Shown here: one piece after another, positions 1-9,903 of the stretch | Position numbering within the stretch: the stretch's first letter is position 1 | How the letters are laid out: the number at the start of each line of letters is the position of its first letter | DNA from: Macrostomum lignano | Taxonomy: Eukaryota | NCBI GenBank assembly: GCA_002269645.1 | Contig: NIVC01001776.1 | Location: 388,809-452,808, forward strand | Direction of reading: 5' to 3' | DNA length: 64,000 bases | Notes under the pieces: model-generated | Told to the model about the DNA's origin: nothing | The model's database searches: none | Seen by the model: only the letters and a program-made list of their open reading frames with translations | Made by a program: the position numbers and the translations under genes

Positions 1-57
1 TAAAATACTTCGAAAGAAACGACTCTGAATAACATTTATCAATTGTTTCCACCCTCA

Positions 58-307
58 GCGACCGGCACCACAGCCCAATCATCATCAGTTCAGTTCCTCG
101 CAGTCAGTGAGCAGAGGCGGTCCACCACCTGCAGAAAGCAGCAGCCGCGGCAATGAAAACGAGCCAACCAGCAGTCAAGAGACCGACCCAGTCTACGAAG
201 AAGTGTCTTTGTGTGTCTACAGGCCGGTGCACCCGCTGCCGCGGTACCCACGGCAGTTCTCAGAAAAACATTGTCGACGCGCCCACGACTCCAGTCGGTT
301 TGATTGA
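58..307 (+). CDS. Probable last coding exon (cytoplasmic tail) of a host receptor-like gene
   Basis: Acceptor ...TTTCCACCCTCAG, then a S/P/E-rich frame containing DPVYEEV. Exact frame and boundaries uncertain. Confidence 0.4.
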
Positions 308-1656
308 GACTCTTGAGCACATTCTGTAGGAACCATTGAATGGAATGCACTGCAAACGGAACTGTGTTCAGTAAATATTCTGATTCCAGATTTCAAATCA
401 AACAAAGTACAGATCGCTTCATCGCTTTTGTTGTTAAATATTTTGTATTATTAATTTCCTCATAATCAAATGCGCACACCCAGTTTCCTGAGTTATAATT
501 TTTTACGATATTATTTGAGACAAACTATAACAAACACAGCAAAATAAGAAATTAGAAAAAAGCTTGTGTATAATGTTCTTTGACGCAATTCTAAACTTAA
601 AATAAAATTTTATGTGCAAAAAAGTATTCGAGATTCTTTTCGGTACAGTTATGACGCTTCAGGAGAGGAGATAGAAAAGAGAAGAGAGGAGAGAGAGTAG
701 AGGAGAGAAGAGACGAGAGAAGGGAGCTGAGAAGAGACAAAAGCCTTGTGCGGACTGGATTGCTATTTAAAGTTTCAAAGGACCCTGATTTCTGAATAGA
801 GAGACTTCGCAGGCCACATGTGACCCGGGGGCTCTATAGAGTCATTAGGTAAAAAAATTATCCTCTGTAGCAAGTTTTTTAAATTCGAAACTGTATCACA
901 GATTTTCAGTTCAAACTTATCACGGGGAGGCACTATATAAGCACCAACTGCACTTAAGAAACAAGGAGTGAACTTCCCTTTCTCCCACCACATGGCACTT
1001 TGGGCAGGTCTTATTCTAGTATGGGAGGGGATCTTTGGACTCGCAGTTCTCATTGTTTCGCAGACCAGTTTATGGTTTGTAACAGCTAGGTTGCGCCAGA
1101 ATTCTGGATTGTAAATTTCTAGAAAATATTGTACCTTTATGCAGTTGAGTAGTACCATTTGAAGCTTTAGTAAAAGTGACTTTGCAGAGTTCTCTACTCT
1201 TTAATTGTCTCCAGTGTCTCGTGAATTCCAGTTCAAAACCAGCTTTGTGCTTACTGATTGATTTCGCTACTCATCCATACGTTTTTTTTAAGTTTCGCAT
1301 CATTTCGCTGTTTATTTCAGTTTTTAAGCCAACCTCACTGTTAGCGATTTGCTAGAGAGACCCGGTACTGAATAATTATCTCCTCAATATTTCATATTAA
1401 AGAGTCTGCCCAGCTCTGAACGGCCTCAGCTACTGTCAGTATTATGGCTAACTTGTCAAATTGCCTAGCAAGATCTGAAATTCATCCATTTAGTTCAACT
1501 TCCGTCGGTCCAAGGGTCCCCACGTCGTCGAAGGCTAAGAGGAAATTATGACATAAAATTTTGATTCCGGAAATTTGAGATGCCAGAAAACATCACACAG
1601 GCCCATAGAACATTAATATGATTGGTTTCATGTTCTGCAGCTATAGTGTTAGCCTA

Positions 1657-1973
1657 GGGGTGTAGCCTAGTGATTAGAGTTTCAGACTCACGACTGCAAG
1701 GTCGGGGGTTCGATTCCCGATTATACTAGAACAACTGGTGTTCTTGAAAAAGACACTTAACTCTATATTGCTTTAGTTCACCCAGCTTTAAAATGGGTGC
1801 CAGCATTAGCTGGGTGATTAAGGGTGGGTGTGGCGACCCCCACCCAGTCCTTGGACTGAACAGCCGTACGCAGCCTTCAGATGCGCAACGCAATAGCTGC
1901 GGCTGAGCTGTCGGTTGCACATCTGGCCATTCGGGCAGGTGTAATCAATATTATCATTATTAATTATTAATTA
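1657..1973 (+). mobile_element. tRNA-derived CORE-type SINE
   Basis: A box TAGCCTAGTG, B box GGTTCGATTCC, MIR-like CORE (...AAGACACTTAAC...TAAAATGGG) and an (ATT)n tail. Confidence 0.85.
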
Positions 1974-3150
1974 CATACATATAGTTGTACGTAGTATCAA
2001 CTGTTATCTGAAGACTCGATCATAGCAACTGAAATTTTTCGAGTTTTTTCAACTCGGTTGTGCACTGCATTGCAGATAACATCCATCTACTCGTATTCTA
2101 GTATCGTCTAAAGCTTTCAATATACCACAATAGAAAATGCGTATGTAATTTTCATCTTTTTGAACGTAAATTGGTTCAGAGACAACCTCAAAGTCGTATA
2201 GTAGAATTTTTTTAAATTCAAGATGCCATCAAGCTTGATTGTACAGCAGCGTTAGGTTTAGGTAATTTAAGCGCTTAACTCGTTTCTGCGGAATCTGAAC
2301 TTAGATTACTACATTATAGTGGTCCCTGAAGAACTTGGAAGACCGTATTCTCAAATAAAAACCTTCTCTGACGCACCTGCAATTGGCTCCAATACTGTCG
2401 GACAGCGCAACGGCGATTTTAATCAAATTTAAGACCACAACAGAAATGTGGCGTCTCTCGTCAAAGCGTACAACCAGAGATTCAGTTTCGTCTCTCCTGC
2501 CTCGATGCTGCTTCCGGATGAATGGTTGTTTAACACTCTGTGCCAATCTGTGTCACAAACAGAAGCATCTGTTAAAACAAGAAACACTGAACTTCGCTAG
2601 CTCCAGGTAAATTTAAGGCTCGAAAAACTTCTACAACTACAAAATATTAACAGCTGAAAAACATAATCCAACAAGCCAATTTGCTCAACAAGAAGCGAAA
2701 ACGAATACCAGATGAATAACGATCTTGAATTCATTCTGCTGCTGTTGCTGAGCTCAAAACTTGCATGCAATGCTCTGGTCTGCACTGATGCAAGTCACAA
2801 GGGTCAGTCGAGTTACTCACTGCCTTTTGAGACTTTTCTTCATGCCTCATCCGAGTAAAACTAAGCGAATCTTTGGGGATGAATATTTCAGTGACAGTGC
2901 AGCTGAGCAGGGCTGACGTTCTGCGCACCTGGCAACCCAGCGGTGCGCACTGCTGTTGGTGGGAGAGTCGGCAGTCAGAGACAAACCTCTGCTGCTGTGC
3001 GGTCCGGGCCTCGGTGGCTTGTGATGCAGCTGAGGCAGCCGATGATGCTGGAGGCGGTGAGCGTACGAGACTGGGGTGAGTGACGCTGACCGACTCATTC
3101 TCATGATGCATGATGAGGCAGAGGGAGTCTGGGACACAGAGTGTGAGACA

Positions 3151-3440
3151 ATGTGAGACCAGCTAGCATCTAATTAGCACTCTGAGACAGTGTGAGACCA
3201 GCTAGCATCCAATTAGCACTCTGAGACAGTGTGAGACCAGCTAGCATTTAATTAGCACTCTGAGACAGTGTGAGACCAGCTAGCATCTAATTAGCACTCT
3301 GAGACAGTGTGAGACCAGCTAGCATCTAATTAGCACTCTGAGACAGTGTGAGACCAGCTAGCATCTAATTAGCACTCTGAGACAGTGTGAGACCAGCTAG
3401 CATCTAATTAGCACTCTGAGACAGTGTGAGACCAGCTAGC
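3151..3440. repeat. 39-bp intronic minisatellite, about 7.5 copies
   Basis: Unit GTGTGAGACCAGCTAGCATCTAATTAGCACTCTGAGACA. Confidence 0.95.
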
Positions 3441-5003
3441 AGCCAAGCACTCGTGTTGCAGATGGCCAGTGGCACACAGCAGCTCCGGTCGGCTCGCCCG
3501 TGTCAGCGGTCGGAGCCTCGAGCCTCCCGCTGGAGCTGCAGCTGGAGGATCCGTGCCGCGCCAGCTGGGAGGCCTTCGGCAGCAGCGACCGGTGGAGGCA
3601 CCTCGGAAGAGCTTGCAATGAAGTAGCAACGTTTGCCTTGAACCTGTAGTGTACCTATGCATGATCGGATTATATATTGAAAGTAAAAAGCAAGTGCTTT
3701 TTTCTGCTCCAGAGCACAGTCCGGTACATACTGGTCAGGAGCTGGACGAATGTTCCGCTAAGTTGGAGTGCCATGAAACTGTCAGGTCTTTATTAAAATA
3801 TTTACAGTCTGCCTACTTCTAACTGATGCGTTGATTTTTAAAACAATCGTGTGACAGGACGTGACGATTTTTTAGGTCCTGTTGCTCCACTGAACCTCAC
3901 CGTGATGAACAGTTCCCAATGTCCGCTTAAAAACTTGCAACTCATGAAGGCTGGGGACTTGGCGTGCCTCACAGTTTCGAGCTGTCTTGACGGCTCGCTT
4001 GGCTGTCTATTGAAGTATAGCAACGGGTTAACTCATCAACTGAGACAGGTGCGTTCATCTTTTTAAATAGATTTCGAATTGTGTGGAGCTTTGCAAAATT
4101 TTCTTATAAAACTCTCCACCACGGCAGCTGACCAGCCAGGCACAGCCTGCCGTGTTCGAACTCAGAGCCACCTCGACAATGCACGATGCGACACTCAGCT
4201 GCTTTCTGACAGACCGACCTGCTGAGCGCATTGAGTAGACTATTGGGATTTTATGTGAGAGAATTTTAATGAGAATGGGTTTTCTGGAAGCTGATATTGC
4301 ATTTACTTCATCATGCTTATGTTTCAGTTCGCCCTGCCCACCTGTCAGTATCGGTGTCACCCGTGTGGGTCAGCGGCAGCAGCGTCACTGTGAATGTCAC
4401 ATCAGCTCCGACTTACCCAGCACTGCATCACAGCTGCAGCATCAGTTCTGCCAGCTCTGAGTGGCGTCTGGATGAAATTCGCACAAATGTGAGATGAACT
4501 CATGACTTCTCTTTCTACAGGACACTCCTGTGAGATCAGGTGTGCCTGACAGTTCTACTCTACTGTTGCTCATTGTTGACCTTCAAACAACTTCCAGGTA
4601 AAAACGGCTGTCGCAAAAGATGACAAAAATCAGGCCTTTGTGGTCGTGGCGTCTCAGTTCAGATTCCAGGTCAGCGCCGCGATGCTGAACGGCACGTTGG
4701 AATGCGAGGGCAGGTTTGGAGTCCCAGCGAGGGAACACGTTGCAGTGCAGACCAATGAGCGCTTTTTCATATCAGCAATAAGTGGTGAGCTTTTTCCGAA
4801 AATCGTTTCCATTGTTGAATCTGTAAATTCCATTGTTGAATTGCATTTTTGTTTGCAATTCAGCTTTCTAATTTCGAACCATTTGATTCCCTGTCTGCCT
4901 ACATAAGATTCGAACTCCAAATATTTTCAAACTGCTTTTTAATCCCTGAAGAACTGGGACAGTTGACAGATATTATTGGGTCAATCGTACATTCCAAATG
5001 TCC

Positions 5004-5305
5004 GGGTTTGTAGCCTAGTGTTTAGAGCATCGGAATCACAACTTGAAGAACGGGGGTTCAATTCTCGATCACACTGGAACAATTTGTATCCTTGAGCAAG
5101 ACACTTAACTCTGCATTACTTCAGTTCACCCAGCTGTAAAATGGGTGCCAGCATTAGCTGGGGTAATTGAGGGTGTGTGGCGACCCCCCAGTCCTTGGAC
5201 TAAACAGCCGTACGCAGCCTTCAGACTCGCCGCGCAATAGCTGCGGCTGAGCTGTCGGTTGCACATCTGCCTGTTAGGGCAAGGTGTACTCAATTATTAT
5301 TATTA
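5004..5305 (+). mobile_element. tRNA-derived CORE-type SINE
   Basis: Same family as 1657-1973. Confidence 0.85.
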
Positions 5306-5468
5306 CATTCCAAGCAAAATGCTAATCGCTGCAGAGCCCTGCTTGACGGTCATCCACCTGATCAGTGTCCACCATCGATGGCTCAAAGTCAGAGTGACGT
5401 CACAGCAGTGCAGCGTATGGAATGTCAGCCACAACTGCTGGCTAACCGAAGTCGGTGGAGGTGCAACG

Positions 5469-5474
5469 GCCCGC
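5469..5474 (+). repeat. 6-bp target-site duplication GCCCGC (second copy 23224-23229)
   Basis: An identical hexamer directly flanks both termini. A 6-bp TSD is typical of Polinton integrases. Confidence 0.97.
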
Positions 5475-5838
5475 AGTAGTAGGTAAAAAGACGCCTACAG
5501 ACCCAGAGCACTTTTTAAATAGCAGTTTTAAGGGTCTAGAGGGGGGACACGGGGGGTAAATAAAAAAACACATCTAAACACCCTTAACACATCTAATCAC
5601 CCATAAACACATCTAATCACCCTTAATACCAAAAAGCAATATAACCCACCCCCAACACCCCCAACACTCCCCCTCGTGTCCCCCCTCTGGAACCTTATAA
5701 ACGGCCATTAAAAAAGGTCTGATCTGTAAGCGTCGTTTTACCTACTACTACACAACCCAACACTCCCCAACACTTCTAACACTTCCAAATCTCTATAACC
5801 CCTCGCACGCGCCGCAGGCGCGAAGGGTCTTTTTCTGT
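5475..5838 (+). repeat. Left terminal inverted repeat (364 bp)
   Basis: Reverse complement of 22858-23223. The only differences I found are two G/C homopolymer runs (6 vs 7 nt). Confidence 0.96.
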
Positions 5839-6024
5839 AGTATGAAACTTCATACTAGCCCATTCATGAAGAGGAGGCATAATACCATATATGGCAGCGA
5901 GAGTTTCATTCATAAGTTATAAATCGTCTCTTTTTCTTATACCACCCACTGTTCTATTATTCTACCCCAACCTATTGTGCTTCCACTTCGTCTCTTTTTT
6001 CTGTTACTAAAAATAGAACAAAAA

Positions 6025-6435
6025 ATGACACACGTTACACATATGCAAAATCTGAACGAATTGCAGGTAGGAGACCCAATTGAATACCGAGGTGAGGGGC
6101 TTTTTGATGTGGTTGGTACAGCAGCGAATTTCGTTAAAGACAATATGGGTCTTATAGGCCAAGCAGGCTCTGCAGCAGGTTCTATAACAAACGCTGTAAA
6201 GGGCGGAATCGAAGCAGCGAGGGCAGTAGAAGAACTAAAGAAATTGAGAGAATTTAACGACACCCTCTCACAAATAAAAGCAATAAAAGATTTGAAACTA
6301 GCGCAGGAAACAACTCAAGCCGCACAACCAACAGAAACCCCCACGAAAAGCGCGCCAATAAGTAATAAAGATATTCAGGATTTTAATAAAATGTTAACCA
6401 CAATTAAAGGCGGAAAAGGATTAAAGAAATTTTAA
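6025..6435 (+). CDS. Small probable virion core protein (136 aa) with GxG adenain-type sites
   Basis: ATG in AAAAAATG context at 6025 (the ORF track starts earlier at a non-ATG codon). Motifs YRGEG|LF and IKGGKG|L resemble maturation-protease sites, followed by an amphipathic Gly/Ala helix. Confidence 0.65.
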   Translation: MTHVTHMQNLNELQVGDPIEYRGEGLFDVVGTAANFVKDNMGLIGQAGSAAGSITNAVKGGIEAARAVEELKKLREFNDTLSQIKAIKDLKLAQETTQAAQPTETPTKSAPISNKDIQDFNKMLTTIKGGKGLKKF

Positions 6436-6445
6436 CAATATAAAA

Positions 6446-7432
6446 ATGGACACAGATAACGACCGCTTATATTTTATAGGAGAAATTGTAGATACTTTAG
6501 ATCTAGATGATAATAAAAATAGCCACACAATGTTAAAAAGATTGGATCGTTTAGGTAAAAAACTTGACTACGATATCGATACATTTAAACTTGCTGCAAA
6601 ATATGCACAAGAAGGAAGGCCAATATCCTTTAAGAATCATGGCAGAAATTATAGGCTGACAGACTCTGATGTAAAATTTTTATTGGAGACTCACACTAAA
6701 AAAGACGGTGGGTTGTTACCTATTTTACCAATTCTTTTAGGCCTCGGAGCAGCCGGAGCAGCCGGTTTAGCAGGCAAAAGAATTCATGATAACCGAAAAC
6801 AGTTAGCAGAATTAAAAGCAAAACAAGGGGGGATATTGCCACTAGCAACTTTATTACCAATAATTTTTGCAGGAATAGGAGCAGCTGGTGGAATAGCAGG
6901 TGGCGCAGCTGGAATCACAAAAGCAGTAAATGATAAAAAAGCTGCGGATGAAAAAGCTAAACGAGATGCAGAATTTCAAAGACAGCAAATAACACAGGAC
7001 GCACAATTCAAACAGAAACTTATTGATACCATTAATAGTAGTTCAGCAACAGCAGAGCAAAAAAGAAATGCAGAAGCTAGGTTAGCAGCCGGAAAAGGTT
7101 TACTCTTGCAAGGAACAAATCACGGGAATGGTTTGGTTTTAAAAGGAACAACCCAAGGAAGTGGAGTTGTAGCAGATAAACTACATGAATTTGGCCAAAC
7201 TTTAGAAAAAACGGGTGAGAAAGCTAAAGGATTTTTTGACAATATTGGAGCTAATTTTAGACCAGCTGTTCAGAAAATTTTTAATAAATTAGGAAAAGAT
7301 TTTAACATCATTGAAAAACACGACGGAAGCGGATTATATCTCGAAATGAGACCAAAAGCAGGATCAGGAATTTTCTTAAATTCAAACGTTATGGGCAATG
7401 GATTGCTATTACCAAAAGCAGATCTCGAATAG
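6446..7432 (+). CDS. Membrane-active/core precursor with two adenovirus protein X (mu precursor)-like hydrophobic motifs
   Basis: KDGG|LLPILPILLGLGAAGAAG and KQGG|ILPLATLLPIIFAGIGAAGG resemble the adenovirus pX GGILPLLIPLIAAAIGA motif. Six GxG-hydrophobic motifs follow in the C-terminal half. Confidence 0.75.
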   Translation: MDTDNDRLYFIGEIVDTLDLDDNKNSHTMLKRLDRLGKKLDYDIDTFKLAAKYAQEGRPISFKNHGRNYRLTDSDVKFLLETHTKKDGGLLPILPILLGLGAAGAAGLAGKRIHDNRKQLAELKAKQGGILPLATLLPIIFAGIGAAGGIAGGAAGITKAVNDKKAADEKAKRDAEFQRQQITQDAQFKQKLIDTINSSSATAEQKRNAEARLAAGKGLLLQGTNHGNGLVLKGTTQGSGVVADKLHEFGQTLEKTGEKAKGFFDNIGANFRPAVQKIFNKLGKDFNIIEKHDGSGLYLEMRPKAGSGIFLNSNVMGNGLLLPKADLE

Positions 7433-7515
7433 GCTCCTGGGGGGTGGGTCTGGACACCAAAAACGCAAATTAAAAAATCAATAATTCAAATACTATATAA
7501 ATTATATTCTATAAA

Positions 7516-9903
7516 ATGGAAGCAATTTTAGCTCAAATCGACAACCCCGAACTTAGAGCACAATTAATAGCTCAAATCGAAGCACAACGAATTGCCGATA
7601 GGGCTGAAATAGAAGCTAGAATTAGGGCAGAAAATGAGATACGTTTAGAAAGACAATTAAATGATATTGATAACCCCCAACCACAAGGACAAAATGGAGC
7701 TGAAGTAATATATATAGATATAGATATAAATACAAATTATAAAGAATATTTTAAACAAATGAAAGATAAAATAAAGACCATATTAGATAACTATACTATA
7801 AGACCAAATAACAAACGACAGCCAATTAAGTATAAAATAGAAGTTGAAACAGAATTTAAAAAACCAAATATACTTAATGCAAATTCAGAAATTGAAGTAA
7901 TAAATAACTTTTCACAAGAATCATATAAGACATTACTATCAATGGGGAATTACAACAATCAATTCGATCAAATAGAAGCTGAGTTTGATGAATGGATAGA
8001 TAAGATGACAGAAAACGGATCTGGGTTTATATTTGTTTCATGTAATTCAGCAACAGTAAAGATTGTTCCTATTGAAATTCTTAAAGGGCGATCACACATG
8101 ACACCATTATTTAAATCACATATGATTATAAATCCAGACAATAAAGATAATAAATGTTTATTATGGTGTTTATTAATTCATAAATATCACAAACAAGTAG
8201 AATCCCACACTAATAAAATATATAATTATAAACAATATGAGGATGAAATAATAATGAAAAACATCACATACCCAGTAGCAATAGATGATATATATAAGAT
8301 TGAAAAAATGAATGGTTTAAATATTAATGTGTTTACAATTGAAGAACCAGGAGATCTAGAAGTAATTCTAGCCGACCCAGAATGGTATAAGAAAAGGTGT
8401 TATCTTGTTAAGCCAGCAACTGATATAACAGCACCAGATCAAATCGACCTTTTGTACATACAGCGTGAAAATGAAACACATTATATATACATAAAGGACA
8501 TTAGTTCCTTTTTAAGAGAAAATAGAAATAGATATCCACTATGTAGAAATTGTTTCACATTTAAAAAGGATGAAAAAGCTCTTAAAAATCATCAACGATT
8601 TTGTTTAGATCATAAATTTACTAATGTTGTACTGCCAGCATCTGAAGATGCAACCCTAAAGTTCCAACAACATTATATGGCAATTAAAAAACCAATAGTA
8701 ATATATGCTGATTTTGAAGCAACAAATGTTCCCTTAAAAGAATCACAGACGGTATCTGATGATGGAGAATGCACAAAAAAATTAGCACAACAGTTTCCGA
8801 ATAGTTATTGTATATATGTACACTCCGTAGCTGATCATATATTTAAATCAAGGATGATTACTTACCACGGTAAGGATGCAGCAAAACACATGGCAGAATC
8901 ATTAGTAAATGCATTTGAATATATTCAAAATCAATATGATAAATTATCAAAAAATATTATTATGACAGATAAGGATAGAGACAATTATAAAAATGCAACA
9001 AATTGTTTTATGTGCAAAAGAGATTTAAGTGGGAAAAATAAGATACGAGAACATTGTCATCTAACGGGAATTTATCGAGGGGCAGCATGTAGATCATGTA
9101 ACGCAAAAGAAGGAAAAGGATGTAAGGAAATACCAGTATTTTTTCATAATGGTTCCGGATATGACTTTCATTTCCTAGTTCGAGAATTGCTTCATTTAGG
9201 TAGGGATGAATATGAATTAAATATATTACCTAAAACATCAGAAAATTACATATCAATAACATATGGTAAGAAATACTCCCATCTAGTTTTTCTAGATTCC
9301 TTGAGATTCTTATCAACATCTTTAGCAAATGTTGTTTCATCATTAGTTCCAAAACCATGGGATTTAGAAATAGTAAAGAAAAACTTTACAATACTATTGA
9401 ATCAATTCAAAAAAGAAAAACTATCCGAGGAAGAACTAATGCTATTAACTCGCAAGGGCATCTACCCATATGAATATGTAACATCTGAAGACGTATTTTT
9501 TCATACCGAATTACCCCCAATTGAAAAGTTTTATTCAACATTATCACAAACAAACATAAGTGAATCGGATTATGAACACGCTCAAAAAGTATGGAAATAT
9601 TTTAATTGTAAAACATTTAAAGATTATCATAATCTATATCTTAAAGCAGATGTTCTCCTTTTAGCTGATGCATTTGAAAACTTTAGGAATCATACATATG
9701 AGAACTTTAAAATTGATCCCGCTTATTGTTTCAGTGCACCCGGATTAACATGGGCATGTGGTTTGAAATACACAGATGTTGAGATTGATTTACTAACTGA
9801 TCATGATATGTTGTTAATGATTGAGAGAGGAATTCGCGGTGGGTTCTCGGGGGTACTAGGAGATAGATATACTAAAGTAAATAATAAATATCTACCAAAT
9901 TAA
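7516..9903 (+). CDS. polB: Protein-primed family B DNA polymerase, N-terminal part (terminal-protein region, OTU-like domain, Zn finger, exonuclease with endonuclease VII-like insert)
   Basis: DNKCLLWC...THYIYI (OTU-like Cys/His), CRNC...HQRFC, IYADFE (ExoI), CFMC...EHCHLTGIYRGAACRSCN, FFHNGSGYDFHF (ExoII), LDSLRFL, RKGIYPY, YLKADVLLLAD (ExoIII), RGIRGG. Confidence 0.96.
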   Translation: MEAILAQIDNPELRAQLIAQIEAQRIADRAEIEARIRAENEIRLERQLNDIDNPQPQGQNGAEVIYIDIDINTNYKEYFKQMKDKIKTILDNYTIRPNNKRQPIKYKIEVETEFKKPNILNANSEIEVINNFSQESYKTLLSMGNYNNQFDQIEAEFDEWIDKMTENGSGFIFVSCNSATVKIVPIEILKGRSHMTPLFKSHMIINPDNKDNKCLLWCLLIHKYHKQVESHTNKIYNYKQYEDEIIMKNITYPVAIDDIYKIEKMNGLNINVFTIEEPGDLEVILADPEWYKKRCYLVKPATDITAPDQIDLLYIQRENETHYIYIKDISSFLRENRNRYPLCRNCFTFKKDEKALKNHQRFCLDHKFTNVVLPASEDATLKFQQHYMAIKKPIVIYADFEATNVPLKESQTVSDDGECTKKLAQQFPNSYCIYVHSVADHIFKSRMITYHGKDAAKHMAESLVNAFEYIQNQYDKLSKNIIMTDKDRDNYKNATNCFMCKRDLSGKNKIREHCHLTGIYRGAACRSCNAKEGKGCKEIPVFFHNGSGYDFHFLVRELLHLGRDEYELNILPKTSENYISITYGKKYSHLVFLDSLRFLSTSLANVVSSLVPKPWDLEIVKKNFTILLNQFKKEKLSEEELMLLTRKGIYPYEYVTSEDVFFHTELPPIEKFYSTLSQTNISESDYEHAQKVWKYFNCKTFKDYHNLYLKADVLLLADAFENFRNHTYENFKIDPAYCFSAPGLTWACGLKYTDVEIDLLTDHDMLLMIERGIRGGFSGVLGDRYTKVNNKYLPN

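Noticed and set aside
1657-1730. tRNA genes at SINE heads
   Set aside because: A and B boxes are present, but each continues into a CORE domain and tail shared by six diverged copies, with no clean acceptor stem.
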